From: Histomonas meleagridis 2922-C6/04-290x
Taxonomy: Eukaryota > Protista > Parabasalia
DNA: 47,148 nucleotides
Assembly: GCA_020184695.1 (NCBI GenBank)
Contig: JAANOX010000257.1
Span: 1-47,148 of the forward strand
Reading direction: 5' to 3'
Shown here: positions 30,921-42,153 of the stretch, piece after piece
Position numbering within the stretch: position 1 is the stretch's first letter
Layout of the letters: the number at the start of each line of letters is the position of its first letter
Made by a program: the position numbers and the translations under genes
Notes under the pieces: generated by a model
Told to the model about the DNA's origin: nothing
What the model saw: only the letters and a program-made list of their open reading frames with translations
Databases searched by the model: none

Positions 30921-31847
30921 ATGTTTGACAAAGCGAACGTTTACACTAAATTCAAAATGTTTACTATCGATTTTAGTCAAAGTAGCACTGAAGCATCAAC
31001 AGATTCTGAAACAAATGAATCCAAAAATGAAACAACTTCAAGCGATTCTTACAGTGAAGACCAGGATGATAAAATAATTGTTGTAAAAAAAGTTCCAAGC
31101 AAAATAAATATGAATGAAGAGCAATGTCAAATTCGTAATGATAGTGATGAAGAACAGCAGCTATTTCTTAGCGACCAAAATACAGAACAGTCGCAAGCTC
31201 AAAATACAGATATCGAACAAAAATCTCAAATTCAAGATTATAAAACTGAAATTGTTGCTAATGAGCTGAATGACTCTCAAGAAAAATATTATCAAGAATA
31301 TTTTTGCAAAAAAATCAAAAGAGCTTTTCATATTGTTTCATCTTTACAATTTGAATTTGTTCATCAAAATTCCCAAATTTTTTCTGCCAAAACGCATGGA
31401 ATATCGCCTGATTATGTGTATATCTCCGAAGCCAAAAACGTCCATATTAAAACAAATGAGCATCAATATTACATGAAGATCGCTAACAGCAAAACAAATT
31501 TCACATTATTTACAAGCAATGACAACACAAAACTACTTAAAATTGTCTTTACAAACAAACTTGGAAAAGGTATTGGCATTCGGAACATCGAAATTACATT
31601 TGTTGAAGAGCAGAAGACTATACATAGTCGTGAAGCGCGAAATAAAAACGGGAAATGGTACCTCGACTTCGGCGGAAAGTTTTTGATTCCTTCGAAGAAA
31701 AATGCGATAATCCTCGACAAGAATGAAAAGATGTCGATACTGGTGAAGAAAACTGAAAAAAATGTTCTTTCCATAGAAACAGTGTTCCCATATAAACCAA
31801 TTTACTTGTTCGCGTTAGGAATCGCATCTTTTATTTGTGAATTATAA
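30921..31847 (+). CDS. Tubby C-terminal-domain protein
   Basis: IHSREARNKNGKWYLDFGGKFLIPSKKNAII...YLFALGIASF resembles the tubby C-terminal motif (LNFxGRvtxxSxKNFql...AFxIxLSSF). Confidence 0.75.
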   Translation: MFDKANVYTKFKMFTIDFSQSSTEASTDSETNESKNETTSSDSYSEDQDDKIIVVKKVPSKINMNEEQCQIRNDSDEEQQLFLSDQNTEQSQAQNTDIEQKSQIQDYKTEIVANELNDSQEKYYQEYFCKKIKRAFHIVSSLQFEFVHQNSQIFSAKTHGISPDYVYISEAKNVHIKTNEHQYYMKIANSKTNFTLFTSNDNTKLLKIVFTNKLGKGIGIRNIEITFVEEQKTIHSREARNKNGKWYLDFGGKFLIPSKKNAIILDKNEKMSILVKKTEKNVLSIETVFPYKPIYLFALGIASFICEL

Positions 31848-32232
31848 ATAAATATATATTCTGTCCGTAATTGTTAATAAAACATAAATAAAGTTTTAAA
31901 TGTTAGTTTTTATAACTCAGAGTGTGATACCTTTTCGTAAAAGCTTTGCTAAATGGTATTTGTAGTTTTGACGAAAATGTGGAGGCACGAGACGAAGTTT
32001 AATCTTCAGCAAAATTAATTTTGAACTAACAAAACCTTTAGAAACTTTTTGCTATCGGAATAAATAATCATTTGATCAGGCGCATTTCCTCAATTAAATA
32101 TACAACGATAGTAAAACCGTGGTTTAATATACAAATATATCATCCTACATTCAATAATGGTACCACCCTCAAAAAATGCCAAACAGACCCCCAGAAAACA
32201 TGGTGTGATGAAAACCGTTAATCGAAGATTTT

Positions 32233-33108
32233 TTGATGAAAAAAAGCATTTTTCCATATCCAAAAATAAAGCATTTTTTCCAAAATGATATATCCATGCA
32301 AAAACAGCAAAGTGAATTAGTTTGCGTTGATATCAATAATAAGTTTATATTAGGAAAAATTAATTTTGATTTATTTATAAAAAACAAAGACATTTCAGCA
32401 GCTCTATGTTACAGACCAACACAAAACTTAAAGCTAAAATGTTTTGATAATGAAAAAATTTCAGCGACTTATAAAAATGATAATGGACTTAAGATATATT
32501 TTGAAAATAACTACATTTCAATAGGAAATGCTTTTAGTGAAAAAGACACTGATATTAGTCTTTACTTTAGTATTTCTGATGGGGTTAATATCAATGGATT
32601 TTTTGATAAACCAACTCATTCAAGTGGATTTGGCATTTCATTCATTACTGACGTCAAAATTGATTTTTATGTACTAAAGCCATTCAATACATCTTCTTTT
32701 GGACTTTACTGTAAACTTCCAAATCTCATAAAAAATATCAATTTTCTTTATTCACGTCATACTCAATCAAGTACACTTATTGGGAAATTTTCACCGTTTG
32801 GTGAAAAAGAAATACTCATGGGAAATAGCACTTTCAGATGGAAATGCTATGAATTATCAGGAAAAACTAAAATCAACAAAAACGAACCAGTAAAAAATAT
32901 TTTATCTGCCAAGTATAAAGGAGAAATATTTCACGTTATTGAGCCAAAAGTACGCCTCAACATTGATGAACACATAAATTACTTCTCAATTGGAGGTAAT
33001 TTGAATTTACCAAAAATCGGAAGTATGAAAGTTGTAATTGATATTAACCCAAAGGCCAAAAATAAAATTGGGTTTAATTTTGCATTGAAAACAGAAACTA
33101 CATTATAA
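32233..33108 (+). CDS. Hypothetical 291-aa beta-rich protein, possible organellar outer-membrane beta-barrel
   Basis: Alternating hydrophobic pattern, no long TM helix, and C-terminal NKIGFNFALK resembling a porin beta-signal. Family assignment is an inference only. Confidence 0.5.
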   Translation: MMKKSIFPYPKIKHFFQNDISMQKQQSELVCVDINNKFILGKINFDLFIKNKDISAALCYRPTQNLKLKCFDNEKISATYKNDNGLKIYFENNYISIGNAFSEKDTDISLYFSISDGVNINGFFDKPTHSSGFGISFITDVKIDFYVLKPFNTSSFGLYCKLPNLIKNINFLYSRHTQSSTLIGKFSPFGEKEILMGNSTFRWKCYELSGKTKINKNEPVKNILSAKYKGEIFHVIEPKVRLNIDEHINYFSIGGNLNLPKIGSMKVVIDINPKAKNKIGFNFALKTETTL

Positions 33109-33295
33109 GTAAAAATATGTTTTCGTCACTACAAATTTATGTGTGTAAATATTTTTTTTTACGTCAAGTTAATTTTATGAACTTCTGCATGTATCTAAAC
33201 TGATTGATCATTGTTGACAAATTGAATAAAGTATTCAATGATTTTAATACTTTATAAAACCGCTTCTCTTAACGTTTTTAATGCTTTAGTTGCTT

Positions 33296-35256
33296 ATGGA
33301 AAAAGAAACACCAAATACCAAAAAAGACAATGTTGCGTGGCTATTAAAAATTCAAGACATTTTCACAAAGCTAAATGAAAAGAATATTGATAAAATTATA
33401 AATCGAACCCTTGATCAATATGATTCAAATTTTCCATATTCTTTTAATATTATAATTTGTCTTTTGACTTACTCATTATTTGTTTCAAGCAAAAAAGAAT
33501 TTTATATGTATATCAATTTTTTACAGAAAATTCAGGAAAAAGAAAGAGAATTAGACCTAACAAAAATGCCTTTTGATATTTTTGAAATTTTTTCAAATAT
33601 TCTTTTTTTAAAACAAACTCAAGAATCAAATTACCTTCTTGTAATGCTCATTGAACATGGATATATTACACCAAAATTTACCTTAGATCAAAATTTTGCG
33701 CAATCTATTTCGGATTCTGAATTTAATAATCTTTCAAGGAAAAATTATGATGATGAAACCAGTAAACAATTTTATAAAGAAATCCAAATGTATATAAAAG
33801 ATGGAAAACAACAAAAAATAGGCAATAAATTGCAAAACAATGATAATAATGAAATCTTTGATTTTGAATTTCAGAAACAAGAAAATATTGTTTGTGAAGA
33901 ACTTTCAAAGAATGATTTTGAACTTCATAAGCAATTCATTGAAGAAGGACATAATCCGAATGAAATTGCGAAAATAATTCGAAATGATGAAATCGAAAAA
34001 CTTCAAGAAATATCATCACAAATAAATTTTGATTTTAATCAAAAAATTGAACCATCACTTTATGAAAGATGTTCATTTATTAATCAAAAAAATGTTACAT
34101 TAGCTGATTATGCAGCATTTTTTTCTTCTATTAAATGTTTTAAATATTTACTTATGAATGGAGCAAATGTAGAAAACACAGGTAAATATGCAGTTGCAGG
34201 TGGAAATGAAGAAATCATTCATTTATGTGAACAAAATCATTCATCTTTTCAAAATGCATATGAAGCAGCAATTAAGTTTCATCGAAATTATATTTTTAAA
34301 TATATTTATGAAAATAATATTGAAAAAATCAATAACTTAAATGAATTAGAAAAATTATGCGTTTTGTATGACAACTATGAAATTTTCTTCTTTTTGCGAG
34401 AGGAAGTAATGATAATTGATAAAAGTATAATTTATGAATCGGCAAAAATTGGTAATACATATTTAACAAAATATTTTATTAAAACAGGAATAGTCCCAAA
34501 GTATCTTTTGCTTTATTCCTTAATGTCAAAAAATATTGAACTTGTTCAATATATTCTTCTAAAAACAGAAGTGAATATAAATATTAAAGGTTTTTATTTA
34601 CATTATTCAAAGTTTAAGAATATAATTTGATGTTTTAAAATAACATTTGGAAACTATTTATATTATTTCAAACAGCACTTATATATGCTATTAAAAATGA
34701 ATTAATTGATATAACTTTTTTGCTTCTTAACTATAAAGGTATTGATGTTAATGTTATAGATATTAAATTGTTTTATTTGATATTTATTTTAATGTCTTGA
34801 TGTTTCAATATTTTATTTGGAAAAATTTTTTTATACTTAAAACAGCACTTATATATGCAAGTCAATATAATCTAAAATCTATTGTTGTATTACTTCTTGA
34901 ACAAAAAGAAATTGATTTCAACATTAAAGATGTAAATATATTTTATTTAAAATTTATTTCACTAATTTGATATATCGAAATAATATTTGGAATTTATTTA
35001 AATCATTTAAAACAGCACTTATGATTGCTTCCGAAAATGGTAATATTGAAATTGTTAAGTTGCTTCTTGAACAGGAAAATATTGATATTAATGCTACATC
35101 TGTTAACCAATTTTATTGAATATTAAATCCAATGATTTTCATTTTCAAAAGAATATTTGGAAATCATTTATATCATTTGAAACAGCACTTATGCTTGCAT
35201 TTTTTCGTGGACATAATGAAATTATGCAGTTGCTTCTTGGGAAAATCGAAACCTAA
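33296..35256 (+). CDS. Ankyrin-repeat protein B (DUF3447-type N-terminal region plus 4 ankyrin repeats), open only after removing sixteen 17-nt spacers
   Basis: The ORF 33290-34630 ends inside the first gap. Downstream exon-like blocks are 34669-34761, 34839-34931, 35009-35101 (93 nt each) and 35179-35256 (ends TAA), separated by four 77-nt gaps (4x17 plus 3 codons). Confidence 0.88.
34592..35178 (+). other. Four arrays of 17-nt spacers and 3-nt micro-exons (34592-34668, 34762-34838, 34932-35008, 35102-35178)
   Basis: Micro-exons: AAA 34609, GAT 34629, GGA 34649; GAT 34779, GAT 34799, GGA 34819; AAA 34949, GAT 34969, GGA 34989; AAT 35119, TCA 35139, GGA 35159. Confidence 0.9.
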
Positions 35257-35550
35257 AATGTTTTATTGAAGTTTGAACAATTTTTTATTTATGGAAATAG
35301 AGTTTTTTCATAAAATATTGTAAATCTTTTTTTTCCTTAAGGAATTATTATTGTGTTTCCAATAATTTGGGCTTTTCATAGAAAAAAATTCAGATGGAAT
35401 ACGGTTGTTTTTCCTTTAAAATTCACCAAAAACCGTTTTGATCGGACATTTGTTGTCACAAAAATTCATAACTTCATCGGCCTATTCATTCTCAAAATTT
35501 CCTGGAATTGAATTCCAAAATCCAAACAAAGCCCACAAAAAAATCACAAA

Positions 35551-35772
35551 ATGGAAGGAATCAAAAAACAACCAGAACCTCGACTTAGAGTTAAGTTCAA
35601 CATATCAGGCAGCTATGATGGAAAACCATCAATTGATCATTGGGGCGATGAGCTTGCTGAATATGATAAAGGAATTGGATACTTCCAAAGAAAAAAGGAT
35701 GCAGACGATTATCCATCTGATGAAGATGACCTACCTGATGTGCGCCCTCCTGGAAGACCTTACAGAGTATAA
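35551..35772 (+). CDS. Small hypothetical protein (73 aa)
   Basis: ATG-started and GC-richer than flanks, with protein-like composition and a TAA stop followed by an AT-rich 3' region. Confidence 0.55.
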   Translation: MEGIKKQPEPRLRVKFNISGSYDGKPSIDHWGDELAEYDKGIGYFQRKKDADDYPSDEDDLPDVRPPGRPYRV

Positions 35773-35864
35773 TTTATTTTATTTTTTTTAAAAACCTAAA
35801 AACCATTTTTTGTATGTCTCATGTTTTTTTTCTTTCAACAAATTTTTGTGACCTTGTCCAATGT

Positions 35865-36290
35865 TTACAAATGTGTGTTACAAGAATTATTGATTAACAT
35901 CTGGAAGTCGCAAAATTTTGTGAACAAAATGGAAAACCAATGAACATTTGAATTTTTGGCTCTATGATTTAGTTTGTTCTCGAAGTTGTGGTGATTGATG
36001 ACAAGGAGAAAAGAAAGTACAAAATTATAAACGTACTGGAATGATTGGATCAGCACTTTTTTGTAAATCGATTTTTTCAAACCCATGGACAAACGATAGA
36101 AATTTCAGAATGACGATGGGGTTTTCTGTGAAACAATTTCTTGCATAAACAGCATGAAACTGTGATCTTGAAGGGATTCAGCTAGTAATGGATCATAAAC
36201 TTCACCAGCAAATGGTACATCTCTTGGTGTAATCACATGAAGTGCTAAACGGATTTGACCGACTTTGATCTTCGATTTAAAAAGTTATTC
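35865..36290 (-). pseudogene. Decayed coding relic, family unknown
   Basis: KIKVGQIRLALHVITPRDVPFAGEVYDPLLAES... then a frameshift to AVYARNCFTENPIVILKF..., with internal stops. Confidence 0.35.
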
Positions 36291-37111
36291 AAAATAACAG
36301 AGGCATTTTTAACGTTTTAGGACGCCCCATTCCAACATTTCGTTGAACTGATTTATTCTCAGCATTGGGACAGCAATTATTAAAAAATCGATTATAAAAA
36401 TTGTTTTTTCATTTTTAACAAAATAATGATTTTTGTCAGAAATCATGTTAATCTTGAGTTAATTTATATTATTTAATAATTAATATAATATTTAAAATTT
36501 GTAAAACAATTAGAATAGAACCCGTGTGTATGATATGTTTTCGATAAAAGTATATTTTTTTTAAAAAAAAAAATTAACAATAAAATTAGGAAATCCTATT
36601 AATAATGTATATAAACATATAAGAAGTTTTAATGTTTCCTCTTATACAAGTATTTGACTTAAAGATTATAAAAAAATGAAGTTATATATATCTTTGCAAT
36701 ACAACTTTCAATGTACATTGTTATAAACAAGTTACCCTAATACCAAAAATTCAAAAATTATAAATTTATCAGTTCAAACTATTTTAGTATATGTTATATA
36801 CATCACTGATACATATACATTATCATTTATTAGGACTTACTCAATTGTTCATAGATAAATATGTTTTAATGTGTTAATTTGCAACATGATGAATTACTGT
36901 AAAAATCTATACACTCATAATTTAAAGAAAACCTCAGACACTTGAATGGGATCCAAAATATATTTTCAAATGCACATCCATGAAATTTAAAAAATGAAAT
37001 TTTAAATTTATTTTTAAGTAAACTATTTTAAATTATTGACTTGTATATACTCAAATGGAAAAATACCAATTTAACATCATATTGAAGAAAGAGAATTCCT
37101 ATTTTATTCAA

Positions 37112-38212
37112 TCATAAATGAGTACATCCGTTAGCGGCCAAATGTGCCATATATGATGCTCCAATAAGGTTAAAATTACATTCCTTAATTTGTGTATACA
37201 AACTTACTTCATTTACAAGTTCCGGTCGTGAATATCGTTTAAATTCTTGTTCCATTTCTTCCGCAATTTCCTCGATAATCCATTTGTTCTTGACCTGGTT
37301 CACTAGTGCCATCAAAATAGAGCCACATTTCATCGTTACCGCAAATTGTTTTGCACATCGAGTGAAATACAAATAATGTTGCTTCATGGCCATCTTGGCA
37401 GAAGTATCTCCACCCTTCGCAAGTTCAGATATTTCGGTGGAATCAACGTTGGGCTTACCTCCGAAGAACAGATAATCAACAATTAATCCTCGACCACTCG
37501 CAAGATCTTCAAACCCAGGTGAATATACTCCTTGGTAATAATGGTTACTTGCAAACCGAACAATGGCATCATCAAGTAGATGCGTTTGATTATTTACGCC
37601 ACTTGTTGGAATTTGTAAATATCCCATTTCGGTGGAAACAACAATTGGACTGTTGGTGGCTTTGTTATTGGTGATGAGGGCGGCTCCAAGTCCAGAGCCC
37701 ATGCCTAAGATGGCTGTATTTGCTGTTGTAGAAATTAGTGATGAATTTTCTGGACCAAATAATTTTTTGAAGTAGGAACTATAATTCCCCTGTTTGCTCG
37801 AGGAAACAATTCCATATGCGCCTGCTTCAAGATCATTAATTATTAAAGAATGATTAATTGGACTTAGAAATGTATTGATCTTCGAGTGATAAATGGTTCT
37901 GTCGTGTCCCATCCAGTTGTTGAGACAGACTGAGCCTTTGCCTCGGAGGCCAGCAATTGCATATGCTGCTCCTCGACAAATGGCTTCTGGGAGATTATCC
38001 TTGATTTCTTTCCTAATAGTATCAATAGCACCGTAAAAGTCACTCGCTGAACTTAAAGGAATTTTATTTAATTCAATAAATTTTGTTGGATCAAAGAAAT
38101 TCGTAAATCTAAAACGGGCACCACTTGCACCAACATCAGCACCTAAGCAAAAGGGTATTTTCGTATCAGTTTTCCAGGCTTTCATTGGAGCAAGGGTACT
38201 TGAAAGATTCAT
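37112..38212 (-). CDS. Glucokinase (bacterial-type family found in trichomonads)
   Basis: LGADVGASGARF (phosphate-1), IINDLEAGAYGI, GMGSGLGAA, STEMGY and FEDLASGRGL motifs. Confidence 0.88.
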   Translation of the reverse strand: MNLSSTLAPMKAWKTDTKIPFCLGADVGASGARFRFTNFFDPTKFIELNKIPLSSASDFYGAIDTIRKEIKDNLPEAICRGAAYAIAGLRGKGSVCLNNWMGHDRTIYHSKINTFLSPINHSLIINDLEAGAYGIVSSSKQGNYSSYFKKLFGPENSSLISTTANTAILGMGSGLGAALITNNKATNSPIVVSTEMGYLQIPTSGVNNQTHLLDDAIVRFASNHYYQGVYSPGFEDLASGRGLIVDYLFFGGKPNVDSTEISELAKGGDTSAKMAMKQHYLYFTRCAKQFAVTMKCGSILMALVNQVKNKWIIEEIAEEMEQEFKRYSRPELVNEVSLYTQIKECNFNLIGASYMAHLAANGCTHL

Positions 38213-38879
38213 CGAAAAAAAAAGGAATTAACGTCTTTTTTAATTGAATTTTCGGAGGGTTCGTCATAGTAATTGTTTAACCCATTTTTCTGGGCAGTTG
38301 TGAGAAGCACGATAAGCTCGAATTTTGACTGTTGTGCCGATTATTTCCACAACAATTTCGAAGTAAACCACTCATTTACTTGGATAAAAACGGTTTGTTT
38401 GAAAAAAACCCTGACTTGAGTAAAAAACTTTACTATGAAAAAGTTTGTAATTGAATTGTGTTTAATCGTAGGCCGTTATACACACAACCAATTATCGTCT
38501 CAATTTATTTATGATCAAAATAATTTGAATTTTTGGTTAACGAATTTTGAATTTAAATAGGTTTTTCGGACTTTATTAAAAGACATAATATTTCCAGTAT
38601 ATTATTCAAATATATTTTGAACAATTTTAGAGTGGTTCCGACTTTTGGAGATGTCCCTTCGGAAAATGAAAGATCATTCGGACTCTAGAAATTGTGAATC
38701 TTTTCGCTTAAAATTTTGAAGATAAAATATATAAAATGAAAATTATTTATATTTATTATTCCTTGATTTCTTCTGATGGGTTTCGTGAAAAATTAAGTAA
38801 TTGCTGTGCTTGAGCTATAATACAAATTGAACACTTTGTTAATTTTACCTCACATGTCATTCAATAACGTACTTAATTC

Positions 38880-39992
38880 ATGTCGAAAGATAAAAAAGGG
38901 AATGATGAGTATGTTTTAATGAAACAAATCTATGATAATCTTCAATTCCTCGATTATGAAATTGAATTCGATCCAGTAAAGCGACACTTACCATATTTAA
39001 CTCCAATTTATTTTGCAATTCCTGGGCAATCTGCAAAAGAGCAATTTGATTACTTTGCTTCTCTTTGCATATGGATGATGCAATCTTACTTAGGAAGTGA
39101 TATTGAAACACCATCAGATTATGATGAACCTGCGCAAGTTGCAGATAATTTAATTCTTGCACTTCCATCAATTGGATTTAAACTCAACTTTTCATCATCC
39201 AAACTTGTTTCAGGTCATGGTCTTGCAGTTTGTACGATTCTTGATGCTATAATACGTTTAACTCTTAAAAAACGACATTTTACACCTAATCCACTCCGTG
39301 TTATCAGCGGCATTGGAGGTACTGAAGATGTCCAAGTTGTAGGTGAAGAAGAAGATGAAGATGGAGTAATTGATGATGCAATAGATATTCAATCAGACGA
39401 TGAAAATGAAGACAATGAATCAGTTGACTTTAATCAAATCAGCACAGGCAAAGTCATTGATTCACTAGAGCTCAAAACTGAAGCAGAGAAAGTTGCATCT
39501 CGATTACAGATTCATATTCCATCTGCCAAAAGTGATTGGCGCACACATTTTGCACAAATGAATCAGCACCAACATCGAATCACTGAAATCATCACACAGC
39601 TCACACCAATTCTAAGTAAAGTTGGGGCAAATGTTACAAAAGCAGTTCAAGCAATCGAAACGCGTGAAAAAACACTTAACCAAAGGTTCGAAACGAGTGT
39701 TTCTGATTACGCGGCGAAGGCATCTGAACTTGCAGTTGTCGAAAAGGTTTATCGTGAAAGAGTTGAACATGTTAATGCTCTACAAGAAGAATTAAATTCT
39801 GTTGCAGCAAAACTTGATTCAACAAAACAAAATTTAAGCGAAAAACAAAAGGAAGTGAGTGATAACTCACCTTTGATAAAGATAAAACAAGCAATAACGA
39901 AAATGAGAGAAGAAATTAAAGAGCTTGAATTGAGATCATCAATTTTACAAAGATCGTTAACACAAACATGGATTGATGATAGAGAAAATTAA
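38880..39992 (+). CDS. IFT57: Intraflagellar transport protein 57
   Basis: MKQIYDNLQFLDYE...EQFDYFASLCIWMM...DYDEP...SSKLVSGHGLAVC...DWRTHFAQM, followed by a C-terminal coiled coil (DNSPLIKIKQAITKMREEIKELELR). Confidence 0.92.
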   Translation: MSKDKKGNDEYVLMKQIYDNLQFLDYEIEFDPVKRHLPYLTPIYFAIPGQSAKEQFDYFASLCIWMMQSYLGSDIETPSDYDEPAQVADNLILALPSIGFKLNFSSSKLVSGHGLAVCTILDAIIRLTLKKRHFTPNPLRVISGIGGTEDVQVVGEEEDEDGVIDDAIDIQSDDENEDNESVDFNQISTGKVIDSLELKTEAEKVASRLQIHIPSAKSDWRTHFAQMNQHQHRITEIITQLTPILSKVGANVTKAVQAIETREKTLNQRFETSVSDYAAKASELAVVEKVYRERVEHVNALQEELNSVAAKLDSTKQNLSEKQKEVSDNSPLIKIKQAITKMREEIKELELRSSILQRSLTQTWIDDREN

Positions 39993-40153
39993 TTTATAAA
40001 ATATGATTTTTTTTACTTTATTTTGCTTTGTTTGTTAAAGATTGAACTTTGTGATCAAGAAAAATTTGTTTTGTGGAATACGTTAAATTATTATTTATTT
40101 GGTCAATGAAAATTATCTACCAGAGAATCTTTTTTTGGGCTTCAACAATTTCA

Positions 40154-40765
40154 ATGAATTTGTGGTTAACAATAATCTTTAGCGGGTCACTTTTACTAGG
40201 AGGAATGGCATCGTTCAATGTAATTCCATCAATTCCCCATCTCGCAGTTGAATCAACTTTACCATTTTTAAATCACTTGCTAGTAATATTTGCATCTATT
40301 TCAATATTTGGCGTTACACATTCGCTTCATAATTATTTAAAAACGAATTACCTTTTCCAAAGCAGAAATTGGAATTCTAAACGTATTTCTATCGTCGCTT
40401 CTGGGGTGGCCCTCGGTGTGACACTTTTTATAATCCAGTTTGTTTCGATTCAAAAACATCAGACAATTTGTTTTTTAAACTTTGTTGCTTTTCTTTTAGC
40501 AGGTATCATCTTTACACTTTCAACGAACTTTTGCTCAAATAGATATCAAAAATTAACTGCTATTGAAAAAATGTTCAAATATTTTGAAGTAATTTTTGGT
40601 GTTTTGTCAATTATTTTATTTAGCAGATCTTTCATTGTCAATAAATTAGACGGGCTTTATGCAATTTCTTCAATATGTCAATATGTATTTTTCTTAATTC
40701 TTTCATTTCGATTCATTTTTTTAGGATATGTTATTTATGGAAATACATTTACAAAAATTCAGTAA
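40154..40765 (+). CDS. Multi-pass membrane protein, Frag1/DRAM/Sfk1-like
   Basis: About six hydrophobic segments, IPSIPHL-type N-terminal loop and SSICQYVFFL near the C-terminus. First ATG with a hydrophobic leader is at 40154; the ORF track starts at GTG 40073. Confidence 0.55.
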   Translation: MNLWLTIIFSGSLLLGGMASFNVIPSIPHLAVESTLPFLNHLLVIFASISIFGVTHSLHNYLKTNYLFQSRNWNSKRISIVASGVALGVTLFIIQFVSIQKHQTICFLNFVAFLLAGIIFTLSTNFCSNRYQKLTAIEKMFKYFEVIFGVLSIILFSRSFIVNKLDGLYAISSICQYVFFLILSFRFIFLGYVIYGNTFTKIQ

Positions 40766-40957
40766 ACTTTTTATTTGTGATAAATGTTTGTTAGTTTTAG
40801 TGATATCATTTTATAAAAAAAAAATTTTGCTTATGTTTAAAATCAAAGCATCATTTAAACTTTTTGAACAAAACACGATAATTTTTCACTCATTTGTTAC
40901 TATCGTCGAAAATCAATGTATTTCCACTTTTTGGTAAGTTTACACAAATTATTCTGA

Positions 40958-42130
40958 ATGTTTTTTTGCATCGTTTGCGCAGCCCTTGCAGAAGAATATC
41001 TTTGTTTTGCACCAACCACTCAAGCGCAACCTGTGCCTGATATGGAGTTGGCATATATTCAAGTTATAACAAGACATGGAATGCGATCACCAATTGAACT
41101 TTACTTAAATCGTACTCAACGCGGAAATTGGACATGTAACGAACCAGACTTAATTGCACCCAGGACATCTACATCTCCTTCTAGGCATTATCGCCATGTT
41201 TTCCATAAGATTGATGAAAGATATGTTGATTATCCACCTAGCTGCCAAACTGGTGATTTAACAACTGAAGGAATGATAGAGCATCTAGAGCTCGGCAAAG
41301 CATTTCGCAAATACTTAGTTGATACGTTAAAATTCCTTCCTGAAAAATTAGATCCAAAAATTCTACAATTTCTTTCATCACCTGTAGACAGGTGTTTCCG
41401 AAGCGCAGAATCATTTATTAATGGTCTTTATGAACCAGCTAATTCCAATGAAGTTCTTACTATTCAAACCGGTTCAGATTCCTCCTCTACACTTGTTATT
41501 AAGGGAGGTCCATGCAAAGAGCTCACGGAAGCTCTTCATGAATTCGAGTCGGGTGAAGAAATGTTTTCAGTTGTTAAAGATACATATCCATATGTTAAAG
41601 ATGCACTTTCAGCGCTTGGAATTGGCGAATGTACATACTCCAACGTTAAGAGCCTTTGCTCTTGGACGGCTGCCTTCTCGTGTAGCGACAACGAATTGCC
41701 AAAGTACATCACGCAAACCGTCATTGATCGTTGCAACGATTTTAACGGTTACCTCCAATATCAAAGGTATCATCGTCTTAAATACGGCCCTGGCCTTGCA
41801 GCTTCTTATATTCTACGTGATGCTTTTAGGGTCGCAGATGAATCCCTTGGCACAATGAATGGTAAAAAATTCACACTTTTAAGTGCACACGATACAACAA
41901 TTTCTGCTGTTCTAGTTGCACTTGGTAACTTGAACAAATATATGCCTCCATACGCTTCTTATTTATCAATGGAGATATGGAGAGCAAAGGATCAACAGTT
42001 GTACGTAAGATATGTGTTCAACGGTGAACCAGTTGTTATAAGCGCATTTAATGAATCACTGGTAAGGTTTGATGACTTTAGACATAGCATTGCAAAAAGC
42101 ATTGACTATTGTCATGATTTTCCTAAATAA
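40958..42130 (+). CDS. Histidine acid phosphatase (secreted/lysosomal type)
   Basis: Signal peptide, RHGxRxP motif (VITRHGMRSP), DRCFRSA and SAHDTT catalytic motif. Confidence 0.92.
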   Translation: MFFCIVCAALAEEYLCFAPTTQAQPVPDMELAYIQVITRHGMRSPIELYLNRTQRGNWTCNEPDLIAPRTSTSPSRHYRHVFHKIDERYVDYPPSCQTGDLTTEGMIEHLELGKAFRKYLVDTLKFLPEKLDPKILQFLSSPVDRCFRSAESFINGLYEPANSNEVLTIQTGSDSSSTLVIKGGPCKELTEALHEFESGEEMFSVVKDTYPYVKDALSALGIGECTYSNVKSLCSWTAAFSCSDNELPKYITQTVIDRCNDFNGYLQYQRYHRLKYGPGLAASYILRDAFRVADESLGTMNGKKFTLLSAHDTTISAVLVALGNLNKYMPPYASYLSMEIWRAKDQQLYVRYVFNGEPVVISAFNESLVRFDDFRHSIAKSIDYCHDFPK

Positions 42131-42153
42131 ATAGTTGTTTATAGTTAAAAAAA

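Noticed and set aside
34932-35015. GT...AG intron GTAAAT...AAAACAG in the third gap of gene B
   Set aside because: It would delete the conserved K-T codons and give GAT CAC TTA TGA (stop). The other gaps lack GT at that position.
34592-35178. Reading the 170-nt periodic TTTGGAA/ACAGCACTT pattern as a CRISPR-like array or simple tandem repeat
   Set aside because: The constant parts are ankyrin codons (G, TAL), the genome is eukaryotic, there are no cas genes, and the variable parts resolve into 17-nt units plus codons.
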